Part shown: positions 25,608-36,186 of the stretch, piece after piece | Layout of the letters: each line of letters begins with the position of its first letter | Position numbering within the stretch: the stretch's first letter is position 1 | Origin: an uncultured bacterium | GTDB taxonomy: Bacteria; DAOPZR01 | Assembly (NCBI GenBank): GCA_964517215.1 | Contig: CAZFBR010000001.1 | Span: 24,907 to 88,906 of the forward strand | Reading direction: 5' to 3' | DNA: 64,000 nucleotides | Position numbers and translations under genes: made by a program | The notes under the pieces: generated by a model | What the model saw: the letters and a program-made list of their open reading frames with translations, nothing else | What the model was told of the DNA's origin: nothing | Database searches by the model: none

Positions 25608-26756
25608 TCATTTTTTCAGTACCGCGAGCATGGCCCGGAACGGGGCGGAGAATTCCGTGCGCAAATCGGTGAAAATTGAACGATAGGTGCGGTCACCGCG
25701 CAACAGTTCTTCGAAATAGCCGACGACCTTCCGGTTCTTGACCCCCAGCTTGTAGGAAATGTACGGATGCCGGAAAAAAATGTCCGCCAGCTTGCCGGCA
25801 TAGGCAAGATCATCGCGAATCTCCGCGTCCACCTGCTCCTGGTAGCGCGCGAGCGGGGTTCCGGCAAGAATTGTCTGCGCCGCCAGCTCACCCGACCGGG
25901 CGGCAAAATAGATGCCTTCGCCGGAGAGCGGGTCGACGAGGCAGGCGGCGTCGCCGGTGAGCAGCGTGCGCCGGCCGATCAGCGGATCGCGGGCGCCGCA
26001 GTAGGGGAGCGGCCAGCCGCGCACCTCTGCTGCCAGCCGCTGCCGGGTGTTGGTCATGCCGTCGAGAAACCGCTCCAATACCGCCCGCGCGTCCGGCATT
26101 CTGCGCCGGGCCGAGCCGATGCCGCAGGAAAAATGCTCCCGTTTCGGGAAGATCCAGCCGTAGCCCTCGGGCACATCACCCACATCCATTGCCGCGACCG
26201 CACCCTGGTTCGCCCGTGCCTCAGGCGATATCCGCACTTCCGCATTGAGTGCCACCCCGAGATAGCGGTTCGGGGTCAGCTGCAGCGCGCGCGCGATCCG
26301 GCTGTGCGCACCGTCTGCCGCCACCAGCCAGTCAGCCGTATGCACCGCGCCCGCCGCGGTGGTGACGGTGACGCCGGTCGGGGTCTCCGCCACGGTGGTG
26401 ACGGTTTCCCCCTCGTGCAACTCCGCACCCGCCGCCTGTGCCTGGCGCGCCAGCCACCGGTCGAACGGGGCGCGCATGACCATCATGATCCCCGGGCCGT
26501 GCGCCTGTTCCGTTACGGCGTCGCTGAACCGGTAACTGAAGGTCGTTGCGGTTACGGTGCATTCCACCAGTTCGGGCGGCAGTGCGCCGGTCAGTCGCAC
26601 CAGATGCGGCGGGATGCCGCCGGCACAGATTTTGACGCGCGGCAGGTGCTCTTTTTCCAGCAGCAGCACACGCGCTCCGCCCCGGGCCAGGTCACGCGCG
26701 GCAATGCTTCCTGCCGGCCCGCTTCCGACAACGATGACAGTTGTTTTCACGTTCAC
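25608..26756 (-). CDS. FAD-dependent oxidoreductase, geranylgeranyl reductase family
   Basis: GXGXXG (VIVVGSGPAGSIAARDLA), ICAGGIP, geranylgeranyl-reductase-like length; start set at the GTG near the Rossmann fold, overlapping the upstream gene. Confidence 0.7.
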   Translation of the reverse strand: MNVKTTVIVVGSGPAGSIAARDLARGGARVLLLEKEHLPRVKICAGGIPPHLVRLTGALPPELVECTVTATTFSYRFSDAVTEQAHGPGIMMVMRAPFDRWLARQAQAAGAELHEGETVTTVAETPTGVTVTTAAGAVHTADWLVAADGAHSRIARALQLTPNRYLGVALNAEVRISPEARANQGAVAAMDVGDVPEGYGWIFPKREHFSCGIGSARRRMPDARAVLERFLDGMTNTRQRLAAEVRGWPLPYCGARDPLIGRRTLLTGDAACLVDPLSGEGIYFAARSGELAAQTILAGTPLARYQEQVDAEIRDDLAYAGKLADIFFRHPYISYKLGVKNRKVVGYFEELLRGDRTYRSIFTDLRTEFSAPFRAMLAVLKK

Positions 26757-27247
26757 GACCCCAGTGGTAGTGACTGCAGTACGGCCGCGGCATCCCGGGC
26801 GGCGCGGGTTTCCGGAAACTGGCGGATGCAGATCGTGAGCGCGGCATTGGCCGCCGGATAGCGGCCCAGCCGCTTGAGGCATTGGCCCTGCAGGTACCAC
26901 AGCTGCGCTTCGCTGTCACAGCCGCGATAGCGTTCGCCCAGCTGTTCCGCCGCCGCCAGCGCCGCGGTATCATCACCCTGATTCATCAGCGTTGCCACCA
27001 GCAGCGGCGCGGCCTGCATCGCCCATTGGCTCTCCGGGTGGTCCGCCAGCAGGGTGCGTGCCGCCGCCGCCGCGTGCACCCAGTCGCCGGTTTTGTCGAA
27101 GCCGACATTCGTCCAATGAAATATTACGGCGTTGTATTGCCGGTGGGCAGCGGCGTCCTGCTGTTCAAACCGATAGAGGGCATACCACAGCAGGCCGGCC
27201 AGCACTGCTGTCAGGCCCAGGATAATGGCGTAATTCCGCCGCCGCAT
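26753..27247 (-). CDS. Membrane-anchored TPR-like repeat protein
   Basis: N-terminal TM helix (YAIILGLTAVLAGLLWYALY), helical repeat region (YLQGQCLKRLGRYPAANAAL). Confidence 0.5.
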   Translation of the reverse strand: MRRRNYAIILGLTAVLAGLLWYALYRFEQQDAAAHRQYNAVIFHWTNVGFDKTGDWVHAAAAARTLLADHPESQWAMQAAPLLVATLMNQGDDTAALAAAEQLGERYRGCDSEAQLWYLQGQCLKRLGRYPAANAALTICIRQFPETRAARDAAAVLQSLPLGS

Positions 27248-27250
27248 CGG

Positions 27251-27889
27251 TTAGCTCCCGCCCTGCACGCGGGCCAGCAGCGCCGCCGCCGCCGCCTGCG
27301 GATCCGCCGCCGCCATGACTGCGGAGACCACCGCGATCCGTTGCGCACCTGCGGCGAGTACTGCGGCCAGGGTATCCGGCTGGATGCCGCCGATGACGAA
27401 CCAGGGTACGGGCAGTGCCAGCGCGGCCACCTGCCGGACCAGTGCCAACCCGCCGGGTCTGCCGGTGTCGGTTTTGGTCGGCGTGGCGAAGACCGGACCG
27501 ACCCCGAGATAATCCGCACCAGCGGCAACCGCCTGCTGCGCTTCCGTCGGGGTGGTCGCGGAACAGCCGATAATCGCCGACGGGCCAAGCAGCCGGCGCG
27601 CGTCCTGCACGGTCAGGTCATTTTGGCCCACATGCACGCCGTCCGCACCCGCTGCGAGTGCCAGGTCAACACGGTCATTCACGACCAGCGGCACCGCTGC
27701 CGCGCGGCACAGCGGCAGCAGCGCAGCCAGCATCGCCAGCTGTTCCCGGGCACTGCCGGTTTTGTCGCGATACTGGATCAGGCCGGCGCCGCCGGCCAGG
27801 GCGAGGCGCACCGTTTCCGCCAGCCCGCACCCGGCCGCCAGCTGCCGGTCGGTGATGACGTTCAGCCGCACATCACCGGTCAGCATCAT
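27251..27889 (-). CDS. thiE: Thiamine-phosphate synthase
   Basis: [47 protein letters not shown]. Confidence 0.85.
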   Translation of the reverse strand: MMLTGDVRLNVITDRQLAAGCGLAETVRLALAGGAGLIQYRDKTGSAREQLAMLAALLPLCRAAAVPLVVNDRVDLALAAGADGVHVGQNDLTVQDARRLLGPSAIIGCSATTPTEAQQAVAAGADYLGVGPVFATPTKTDTGRPGGLALVRQVAALALPVPWFVIGGIQPDTLAAVLAAGAQRIAVVSAVMAAADPQAAAAALLARVQGGS

Positions 27890-29175
27890 ACCCGTTCAAT
27901 GCGCAGCAGCCGCGCGGGATGGCGCACCAGCTCGAGCTGGTCGATTTCCGCCAGGGCCGCGCGCACGCTCCCCTCACGCGCCGCATGGGTCATGATGACG
28001 ATATGCACGTAATCGCGGGTTTCCTGATGCTCCTTCTGCATGCATGAGAGGATGCTGATCCCGTGCCGGCTCAGCGTGGTGCAGAGGGTGCCGAGCACGC
28101 CCGGCTGGTCCACCGTCGAAAAGCGCAGATAGTACTGGCAGGTGACCTCGGGCATGGGTGTTACCGGGTACGGCCGGCTGCGGTAGAACGTGCGCGCCGG
28201 GGTCAGCTGCCGTCCGATCAGCAGAATATCCGCCATCACGGCGCTTGCCGTCGGCAGCTCGCCTGCGCCCTTGCCGTAAAACATCTGGTTGCCCACCGCG
28301 TCGCCGGTGAGGAAGATGGCGTTGTATTCGCGCCGCACGCTCGCCAGCGGCGATTCCGCCGGCACCAGCGTCGGATGCACGCGCAGTTCGAGGCGCGGCT
28401 GGTCGCCCGGCACGCATTTGGCCACCGCCAGCAGCTTCAGGGCGTACCCCAGCTCCGCCGCATGGCGGATGTCGGTCGGGCTGATTTCCTCAATCCCCTC
28501 GCAGTAGACCGCGTCGAACGCCACCTGCTGGCCGTACATCAGCATGGCCAGCACGGTCAGCTTGTGCGCCGCATCGTGGCCGTTGAGGTCGAGCGTCGGG
28601 TTCGCCTCGGCGAACCCCAGCCGCTGCGCGTCCGCCAGCGCCCGGGCGAGTGTGTCGTTGCCTTCGGTCATGCGCGTCAGGATGAAATTGGTGGTGCCGT
28701 TGATGATTCCGTACAGCGACGGGACATGGTTGGCGGTCAGGCAGCCGTCCAGCACATTGAGGATGGGGATGCCGCCGGCGACACTGGCGTCGCAGCGCAG
28801 CGAGACCCCCATCTCCTGCGCGGTGGCGAACAGTTCTGCGCCGTGCAGCGCCAGCAGGGCCTTGTTTGCCGTGACCACGTGCTTGCCGGCACGCAGGGCG
28901 GTCAGCATGATCGTGCGCGCCGGCTCGATCCCGCCGATCAGTTCCACCACCACCTCGAGTCCGGGCGTGCCCAGCAGCTCCGCCACTGACGTGGTGAACT
29001 GTTCTGCACGCAAACCGAGTTCCGCACCGCGCTGGGCCCGCACATCGCACGCGCGCACCAGTTCCGGCGTGAAGCCCAGCCGCGTGGCCAGCGGCTCACG
29101 CAGCGTGGTCAGCAGTTTGACTACCCCTGCTCCGACTGTTCCCAATCCGATAACGCCAACCCCGATACCCTTCAT
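27886..29175 (-). CDS. hom: Homoserine dehydrogenase (with C-terminal ACT domain)
   Basis: VGVIGLGTVGAGV NAD-binding, catalytic region, C-terminal ACT (GVLGTLCTTLSRHGISI). Confidence 0.9.
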   Translation of the reverse strand: MKGIGVGVIGLGTVGAGVVKLLTTLREPLATRLGFTPELVRACDVRAQRGAELGLRAEQFTTSVAELLGTPGLEVVVELIGGIEPARTIMLTALRAGKHVVTANKALLALHGAELFATAQEMGVSLRCDASVAGGIPILNVLDGCLTANHVPSLYGIINGTTNFILTRMTEGNDTLARALADAQRLGFAEANPTLDLNGHDAAHKLTVLAMLMYGQQVAFDAVYCEGIEEISPTDIRHAAELGYALKLLAVAKCVPGDQPRLELRVHPTLVPAESPLASVRREYNAIFLTGDAVGNQMFYGKGAGELPTASAVMADILLIGRQLTPARTFYRSRPYPVTPMPEVTCQYYLRFSTVDQPGVLGTLCTTLSRHGISILSCMQKEHQETRDYVHIVIMTHAAREGSVRAALAEIDQLELVRHPARLLRIERV

Positions 29176-29263
29176 GATTGTTCCGCCCCTGTCGTCCTGT
29201 ACTGCCGGTCGCTCCGGCGCCGATAGTATAGCATATTTTGTCCGCGATTCCGGATGGTTGGCA

Positions 29264-29836
29264 TTACCGTTCCATGACCAGAAAATCGCTGATCAGCCCC
29301 CGATTGGCCAGGGCGGTGGCGTATTGTTCCGCATCGCTGCGCGTGGCATAACTGCCCAGGCAGACACGGTAGCGGTCGCCGGCAGGGCCGGGTACGGTTT
29401 CCACCTGCGTCGTCAAGCCCTTGCCCTGCAGGGTGCGCGCGTCCTGCTCCGCCTGCGCCCGTTCGCTGCGGGTGGTGATCTGGATGCTCCACCGGCCGGC
29501 CGGAGGGGCGGACGCTGCCGGCGCCGCCATCCGTGCCGGGGCTGCAGTTGGTGCTGCTTCCGGAACTGTTGTCCCGGGTCCGGCAGCAGGCAGCGCTGAT
29601 GGCGTGGCGTCGCCGGTTTCGCCCGCGGGGGGCGGAATGGTCACCGTGCGCGCCGCCAGCGGCATGGCCAGCGCCGCATACGGGTCGCCGGCCGGCCGGT
29701 CCGCACCGGTTCGTGCGCCCAGCCAATACCCGCCGGCAAAGACAGCGCCGAGCACGGCCACAAGCACCGCCAGTGCCGCCAGCAGGGTCAGCCGGTTGAA
29801 TCGCACGCTGTATTCGTCAGTTCGCAGCATGGCCAT
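29264..29836 (-). CDS. SPOR-domain (septal peptidoglycan-binding) protein
   Basis: N-terminal TM helix; C-terminal SPOR (WSIQITTRSERAQAEQDARTLQGKGL...YRVCLGSYATRSDAE). Confidence 0.7.
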   Translation of the reverse strand: MAMLRTDEYSVRFNRLTLLAALAVLVAVLGAVFAGGYWLGARTGADRPAGDPYAALAMPLAARTVTIPPPAGETGDATPSALPAAGPGTTVPEAAPTAAPARMAAPAASAPPAGRWSIQITTRSERAQAEQDARTLQGKGLTTQVETVPGPAGDRYRVCLGSYATRSDAEQYATALANRGLISDFLVMER

Positions 29837-29847
29837 GGCAGTGCGCG

Positions 29848-30720
29848 TCAGGCGCGGGCGGTCTGCGTCATCACGATAAAGTCCTGCGCCGTGTGCATGT
29901 CCCGTTCGAGATCGCGCAAAATGCCCTCGAGGTCATCCTGATCGAGTTGCAGCCGTTCCCACACCGCTTCCTGCAGGTCGGGAATGACGGTATCGCCGCC
30001 GTTGCCGATGCCGCGGGTGCGGGCCAGCAGATCGGCAAGATAGATGATTGCCGGCAGCACTTCGGTGTTCTCCGCTTTCGTCGCGTCGTGATGCCAGGCG
30101 ATGGCATGCAGCAGCGCCGGCGGCAGCTTCCAGCGTTCCGCCAGCCAGCCGCCGATGGCCGCATGATCGACGCCCAGCACGGCCTTTTCCGCCGCGCGCA
30201 GCGAGCTGCCCTTGTCGTCGCGCCAGGCCAGCACCCGGGCAAAATCGTCGGGCAGAAACTGGTCCAGCACCACCTTGCCGAGATCATGCACAATCCCGGC
30301 GATGAAGGCCTCCTCGATCAGCGGGTAGCGCATTTTTTTGGCGATGATCTGCGCCGCCACCCCCGTGCCGATCGAGTGTTTCCAGAATTCCTGCCGGTCA
30401 AACCGCTGTGTGCCGCGCCCGCCAAAGATCTCAAATACCGTGGCCGACAGGGCCAGCGACTTGATCGTGCGGAAGCCGAGGATCACCACCGCCTGGGTGA
30501 CGGTCGAGATCTGCCGGGAGAATCCGTAGAACGGCGAATTGACCAGCTTGAGCACCTTGGCCGCCAGCGCCTGGTCCGTGGAAATGACGCGATTGACATC
30601 GACCGCCGAGGTCTCCGGGCTTTCCACCAGGGAGAGGATCTGCGTCACCACCACCGGCAGGGTCGGCAGCTTGTCGATGCGGTCAACCATCGCATGCAGT
30701 TTTGCGGTGTCCTGTGCCAT
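29848..30720 (-). CDS. HDOD-domain signalling protein
   Basis: LPTLPVVVTQILSLVESPETSAVDVNRVISTDQALAAKVLKLVNSPFYG...HAAIGGWLAERWKLP...HHD. Confidence 0.75.
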   Translation of the reverse strand: MAQDTAKLHAMVDRIDKLPTLPVVVTQILSLVESPETSAVDVNRVISTDQALAAKVLKLVNSPFYGFSRQISTVTQAVVILGFRTIKSLALSATVFEIFGGRGTQRFDRQEFWKHSIGTGVAAQIIAKKMRYPLIEEAFIAGIVHDLGKVVLDQFLPDDFARVLAWRDDKGSSLRAAEKAVLGVDHAAIGGWLAERWKLPPALLHAIAWHHDATKAENTEVLPAIIYLADLLARTRGIGNGGDTVIPDLQEAVWERLQLDQDDLEGILRDLERDMHTAQDFIVMTQTARA

Positions 30721-30773
30721 GGCCGCAGTATACCTTATTTGTCCGGGCGCACGAAAGTCAAACCGGGTGCGGC

Positions 30774-31832
30774 TTACAGTTCGGGCGACTGCACATACCG
30801 CCGCATTTTGCCGACATTTTCCTCGTCACCCAGGATGATCAGCGCGTCCTCGGCCTGCAGCACGGTGGGCGACAGGGGGTTGGCGATGAACTGGCCGTCC
30901 TGGCGCTTGATGGCGACCACGATGGTATGGGTATGCTGGGTGATGCGCGAATCGCGCAGGGTCTTCCCCGCCAGATGGGAATCGGCCGGGATGCGGATCT
31001 CCTCGAGACGCAACGACACATCGTCCGTGTGGGTGACCACATCGACAAACGAGCAGACTGCCGGTCGCAGGATGTAGGAGGCCAGCCGGATGCCCGCGAT
31101 GACCTTGGGCATGATCACCTTGTCCGCGCCCGATTTGTAGATCTTGGCCTCCGCCTCGGGATCGTAACAGGTGGCGACGATGTAAATGTCCGGGCGCAGG
31201 TCCTTGGCGGTGAGGATCAGGTAGACGTTGTCCGCGTCATGCGACAGGGTGCAGATCACGCCCTTGGCCCGTTCGATGCCGGCGCGGAGCAGCGACTCCT
31301 TTTTCGTTGCATCCGCCACTTCAATCAGGATCCGGTCGCCGTACTTCAGGCGGATGCGTTCCGCCGCCGCCGGACTGCGGTCGATGACCACCATCGGCAC
31401 CTTGGCCTGCCACAGCTCGTCGATGACATGCTCGCCCAGCTGTCCGCCGCCGCAGACAATGTAATGATCGTGGTATTTGCCCATTTTTTTAATCAGCCTC
31501 CGTTTGCGCACCATGGTATTGAGGTGCCCTTCCGCAATGAACGTGATGATGGTGCCGACGCAATAGGTTGCCGTGGCAATGCCGAACACCACCAGGAAGA
31601 TGGTGAAGATTTTGCCTTCATTTGTCAGCGGGTTGACTTCGCGAAAGCCGATGGTGGCGATGGTGATGACCGTCATGTACACCGCGTCGAGGAGGGTGTA
31701 GTGCTCGATGGTGACATACCCCGCCACCCCGCTCACCACCACCGCGGCAAGCAGCAGCAGTGCGATGAAAATCCGGGTCGGATTGATCGGCGGCGCCGGC
31801 AGCGCAATGCGGTCGGGACTCATTGCCGGCAA
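30774..31832 (-). CDS. Two-TM ion channel with RCK (TrkA-N plus TrkA-C) gating domains (Kch/MthK-like)
   Basis: Pore region TIATIGFREV, Rossmann HYIVCGGGQLGEHV, TrkA-C at the C-terminus. Confidence 0.7.
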   Translation of the reverse strand: MPAMSPDRIALPAPPINPTRIFIALLLLAAVVVSGVAGYVTIEHYTLLDAVYMTVITIATIGFREVNPLTNEGKIFTIFLVVFGIATATYCVGTIITFIAEGHLNTMVRKRRLIKKMGKYHDHYIVCGGGQLGEHVIDELWQAKVPMVVIDRSPAAAERIRLKYGDRILIEVADATKKESLLRAGIERAKGVICTLSHDADNVYLILTAKDLRPDIYIVATCYDPEAEAKIYKSGADKVIMPKVIAGIRLASYILRPAVCSFVDVVTHTDDVSLRLEEIRIPADSHLAGKTLRDSRITQHTHTIVVAIKRQDGQFIANPLSPTVLQAEDALIILGDEENVGKMRRYVQSPEL

Positions 31833-31856
31833 TCCGTGGGGGATCGGCGGCGCCGG

Positions 31857-33071
31857 TTAGAAGCCAAGCTTGAACCGCTTCCTGACCCGGGTGATGAATT
31901 CGGGGATCAGGGTGCGCCGCGTGTTGGAATGCATGAAGGCGCTTTTGAGGCCGTTCAGTTCCGCGGCGGCGAGGTCGGCCAGGGAGAAATCGTGGTGCTG
32001 CCAGGCCAGATAGCATTCCTTGGTCTTGGTCGTGTTGGAGATCAGCCGGTTGTCGGTGCAGAGAATGACCCGCAAATTGCGCTTGCGGAATTCGCGCACC
32101 GGGTGGTTCTTGTAGTTGGCGAATTCCGGGGTGGTCTGCGCGTTGCTCGTCAGACAGACCTCGATGGGCACCCGCCGCATCCCGGCGCAGTATTCAACCA
32201 GCATATCGCTATCGAGCAGGTGGGTGCCGTGCCCGATGCGGTCGACATGGCAGTCGACCAGCGCCTGCTTGATGCTCTCCCAGCCGAACCCCTCCCCCGC
32301 ATGGCAGGTGTTGTACAGGCCGGCCTTGGTGATCAGCTGGAACGATTCGGCGAAATTCTTCGCCGGATACCCTTTTTCCGGGCCGGCGATGTCGAACCCG
32401 ACCACGCGCGTCAGTCCGTCCACCTGCCGCGCATTGACTGCCGCCACCGCGGTGTTGCGCGCCACCTCCTGGGCCAGCTGCTTGTTGGTGAAGCAGGAGA
32501 AGAAGCGCGCGATCTTTTTGTGGTAGGGCGACATGTGCTGGTTGTAGATGCGCAGCGAGCAGAGGATCATATTGGCGACGATCCCCGTCTCCTGCTGCGC
32601 CCGTTCCAGGCCGCGCGCCACCGCGTGGATCACCTCGTGCGGGCGCAGGCCGCGATGGGTATAATTCATCGGGGAGAAGCGCAGCTCGCAATACCAGACA
32701 TTCTCCGCCGCCATGTCGCAGGCGATCTCATAGGCGCCGCGCTCCAGCGCCGGCACGGTCTGCAGCACTGATTCGGTAAGCGGAAAATACTTGAGATAGG
32801 CCTCAAGGTTGGGGTAGCGGTCGCGGCTGACCAGGGTGCGGAACCTGTCCGGGTCCGTTGTCGGCAGCGCGATCCCCTGCTCCTGCGCCAGGTCAATGAT
32901 CGTGCTGACCCGCAGCGACCCGCCGAGATGGACATGCAGATCAACCTTCGGCAATTCAAAGATGTCGGTGATGATTTTGCGATGGCGCCTGATCTGTTCC
33001 GGCTTCAGCCGGGTCACTTCCGCGATTGCCGCGATGCTCTTGTGCTGCAGGGTCGGTACCGTCGTCAGCAT
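31857..33071 (-). CDS. add: Adenosine/adenine deaminase family metallo-hydrolase
   Basis: LPKVDLHVHLGGSL, CHAGE, ILCTDN motifs. Confidence 0.75.
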   Translation of the reverse strand: MLTTVPTLQHKSIAAIAEVTRLKPEQIRRHRKIITDIFELPKVDLHVHLGGSLRVSTIIDLAQEQGIALPTTDPDRFRTLVSRDRYPNLEAYLKYFPLTESVLQTVPALERGAYEIACDMAAENVWYCELRFSPMNYTHRGLRPHEVIHAVARGLERAQQETGIVANMILCSLRIYNQHMSPYHKKIARFFSCFTNKQLAQEVARNTAVAAVNARQVDGLTRVVGFDIAGPEKGYPAKNFAESFQLITKAGLYNTCHAGEGFGWESIKQALVDCHVDRIGHGTHLLDSDMLVEYCAGMRRVPIEVCLTSNAQTTPEFANYKNHPVREFRKRNLRVILCTDNRLISNTTKTKECYLAWQHHDFSLADLAAAELNGLKSAFMHSNTRRTLIPEFITRVRKRFKLGF

Positions 33072-33251
33072 GTGATCTCATCCTCGTTTTCCGCAAGAAT
33101 ACACCGTTCGCCGCACCGACGTCAAGTAATTGCCCGCCGGCCGGTCTGTTTGCCGGCATTCGTCATGATGACAACCGCCGCGGTTATCGGTATACTGGTG
33201 TTGATACCGCAGTATCAGCTGTTGCGGCAGTGACGGTATCCGGGATGCGAC

Positions 33252-35951
33252 ATGACCGTGTTCAATCCGCCGGCCGACCTGCCGGTATCTGAATCATTGC
33301 CGGAGCTGCGCACGCGGCTTGCTGCCGCGTCGCAGGTGCTGCTGCATGCCCCGCCGGGCGCGGGCAAGACCACGGTTGTGCCGCCCGCGCTGCTGGCGGA
33401 GCCGTGGCTGCGTGGCCGGCGCATCCTGGTGCTCGAGCCGCGGCGGATCGCGGCGCGCGCTGCCGCAGCCCGGGTTGCCGAGCTGCTGGGTGATCGTGTC
33501 GGCGGGGTGGTTGGCTATCGCACCCGCCTGGAAACGCGCGTCTCCGCTGCCACCCGCATCGAGTTCCTGACTGAAGGGCTGCTCGCCCGCCGTCTGCAGC
33601 ATGACCCGACCCTCGACGGGATTGGTGCCGTTATCTTTGATGAATTTCACGAGCGCCACCTTACCGGTGACCTCGCGCTGGCACTGGCGCTTGATGCGCA
33701 GCGGCAGGTGCGGCCCGACCTGAAGCTCATCGTCATGTCCGCCACCCTCGCCGTGGCGGCGCTGCAGCGCCTGCTGCCGCAGGCCGCGACCGTCGCCTGC
33801 ACCGGGCGCATGTTCCCGGTTGCTATCCGCCACCTGCCGGAGACGCCGGACGACTATTGCGCCGCCGCTGTGGCGACGATCCGGCGTGCCCTGTCCGAAA
33901 CTGCCGGCGATATTCTGGTGTTTCTCCCCGGCATCGCCGCCATCCGCCGCGTGCAGCAGGCGCTTACTGACCTGCCGGCGCAGGTGGTGACGCTCTTTGG
34001 CGACCTTGCCGCCGACGAGCAGGATGCCGTGCTCCGGCCCGGTGCGCATGCCGCCCGGCGGGTTATTTTGGCGACACCACTGGCGGAAACCAGCGTGACG
34101 GTGCCGGGGGTCAGCGTCGTTATCGACAGCGGCTGGCAGCGCCAGCCGCGGTATGAACCTGCGCGGGAAATGACCCGGCTCGCCACCGTACGCGTGAGCA
34201 AGGCCAATGCCGAGCAGCGTGCCGGACGCGCCGGGCGGCTGGGCCCGGGCGTTTGCTATCGTCTGTGGAGCGCCGGCACCCAGCATGCCCTGCTTGAGCA
34301 TCCCGAACCAGAAATGCTGCAGGCCGACCTGGCACCGCTTGCGCTCGAGTTGGCTGCCTGGGGCGTGGCCGATCCTGCGACCTTGACCTGGCTTGACCCG
34401 CCCCCCGCCGGCGCTTTCGCCCGCGCCCGGGCCACCCTTGCAGCACTCGGCGCAGTGGAAGTGACGCATGCGCTGGAAGACGCAACGGATGCCGTCAACG
34501 TCAGTGCCGGTGCGGGTCATGACGCAGAAGAATCGCTGAATGCCGAATGTGGCACTGACAATTCACTGCACAGTAAGCAAGATTCAATCATCGTTCCCCG
34601 CGCCTGCGATGCGGGAGAGAAAGTGCGCGAGGCCGGTGAGAGTCAATATGGCCGGATCACACGGTCTGGCCGGCAGCTGGCTGCACTTCCTCTGCATCCG
34701 CGATTGGCGGCAATGCTGCTCTTTGGCGCTGCCCGCGGGCAGGGCGCGCTGGCGGCGGATATTGCCGCCCTGCTTGCGGAACGCGATATCCTTGCCCGAG
34801 CTGACAATTGCGATCTGGCGGCCCGACTGGCCGTCCTGCACGCCTGCCGGCGCGGTCGCAGGCCGCATGATTGTGACCGTAATGCTGTTGCCGCAGTGGT
34901 GCGGGTGGCGGCGCAACTGCACCTGCTGCTGCGGGACACGCCGCTGCCGAACGGGATACCGCTGGCCTCCGATGACGACACTGCCGGTATCCTGCTGGCG
35001 CACGCCTATCCCGAACGGCTGGGCAAGCGCCGCGAACCGGGGAATGATCTCTTTCTGCTCGCCGGCGGGCGCGGGGCCCGCTTGCGCGCCGGCGTTGCCC
35101 TCCGCGGCTGCGAATTCATCGTGGCCGCCGACATTGATAGCGGGCAGCGCGACAGTATCATCCATCTCGCTGCCGGTCTTTCCGCGGCGGCGGTGCGCAT
35201 CGCATTCGCTGACCGCATTTGCTGGCGGGAACGGGTTTTCTGGTCGGACCGCGACGGCGATCTCGTCGCCACCCGCGCGGAAATGCTTGATGCGCTGGTG
35301 CTGTGTGAAGGACCGTGGGAAAAGCCGGATCCTGCCGCTGCGACTGCGGCGCTGCTCACCGGCATTCGCGCGCGCGGGCTGGCAGCGTTACCCTGGCGCG
35401 AGGATGACCGGCAGTGGCAGCAGCGGGTCCTGTGTCTGCGCACCTGGCTGCCCGACGGGAACTGGCCTGACGTCAGTGATGAATGGCTGCTCGCCAATCT
35501 CGAACAGTGGCTCGCGCCGTCGCTTGCAGGTATCACCCGGTTTGCCCGGCTGGCAGCGCTTGATCTGGCGGCGGCGCTCAACCACCTGCTTGACTACCGG
35601 CAGCGTCAGCAGCTGGCGGCACTGGCGCCGACGCATATCACCGTGCCCACCGGCTCGTCCATCCGCCTGCGGTATGCACTGGGTCAGGCGCCGGTGCTGG
35701 CGGTGCGGTTGCAGGAGATGTTCGGCTGCGTCGCTACGCCGTGCGTGGCCGGTGGCAGGGTGAAGGTGCTGCTCCAGCTGCTCTCGCCCGCCCATCGCCC
35801 GGTGCAGGTTACCGACGATCTTGCCGGGTTCTGGTCCGGCTCGTATGCCGAGGTGCGCCGCGAGCTGCGCGGCCGCTACCCGAAACATGTCTGGCCCGAC
35901 GATCCGCGTCACGCTGCGCCCACCCGTCGCGCCAAGCCGCGCCCGCAATAG
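33252..35951 (+). CDS. hrpB: ATP-dependent RNA helicase HrpB (DEAH-box)
   Basis: LHAPPGAGKTT, DEFHER, SATL, HrpB C-terminal domain; about 70-aa low-complexity insertion near residue 420. Confidence 0.85.
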   Translation: MTVFNPPADLPVSESLPELRTRLAAASQVLLHAPPGAGKTTVVPPALLAEPWLRGRRILVLEPRRIAARAAAARVAELLGDRVGGVVGYRTRLETRVSAATRIEFLTEGLLARRLQHDPTLDGIGAVIFDEFHERHLTGDLALALALDAQRQVRPDLKLIVMSATLAVAALQRLLPQAATVACTGRMFPVAIRHLPETPDDYCAAAVATIRRALSETAGDILVFLPGIAAIRRVQQALTDLPAQVVTLFGDLAADEQDAVLRPGAHAARRVILATPLAETSVTVPGVSVVIDSGWQRQPRYEPAREMTRLATVRVSKANAEQRAGRAGRLGPGVCYRLWSAGTQHALLEHPEPEMLQADLAPLALELAAWGVADPATLTWLDPPPAGAFARARATLAALGAVEVTHALEDATDAVNVSAGAGHDAEESLNAECGTDNSLHSKQDSIIVPRACDAGEKVREAGESQYGRITRSGRQLAALPLHPRLAAMLLFGAARGQGALAADIAALLAERDILARADNCDLAARLAVLHACRRGRRPHDCDRNAVAAVVRVAAQLHLLLRDTPLPNGIPLASDDDTAGILLAHAYPERLGKRREPGNDLFLLAGGRGARLRAGVALRGCEFIVAADIDSGQRDSIIHLAAGLSAAAVRIAFADRICWRERVFWSDRDGDLVATRAEMLDALVLCEGPWEKPDPAAATAALLTGIRARGLAALPWREDDRQWQQRVLCLRTWLPDGNWPDVSDEWLLANLEQWLAPSLAGITRFARLAALDLAAALNHLLDYRQRQQLAALAPTHITVPTGSSIRLRYALGQAPVLAVRLQEMFGCVATPCVAGGRVKVLLQLLSPAHRPVQVTDDLAGFWSGSYAEVRRELRGRYPKHVWPDDPRHAAPTRRAKPRPQ

Positions 35952-36135
35952 TCCGCGCACCAGTGCACGGGTTCCCTGCCGAAATGCAATGTGGCAGAGA
36001 AGGGTCGGGTGCTGCGCAAATCCATAGTTGTATTACAAAATGATTAAAACCAAAAATTGATACACGCATTGACTTTAATATCGTATTAACATACAGTAAT
36101 GGTACGTGAAACTGGGAAATGACGCTGCAGGTTTG

Positions 36136-36186
36136 ATGGTGATGATAATGATGCTGATGCAATTGACACACAGCGCACGCGAATGA
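36136..36186 (+). CDS. Candidate 16-codon Met-rich leader ORF (MVMIMMLMQLTHSARE) overlapping the downstream start via ATGA
   Basis: ATG at 36136 to TGA at 36184-36186; 6 of the first 8 codons are Met/Ile/Val; sits between a consensus-like promoter (TTGACT-17-TACAGT) and the 36183 ORF. Confidence 0.25.
   Translation: MVMIMMLMQLTHSARE

Noticed and set aside
33572-34560. Mobile-element insertion inside hrpB (low-complexity ~70-aa segment)
   Set aside because: The reading frame is continuous and helicase motifs are preserved on both sides. More likely a lineage-specific loop.
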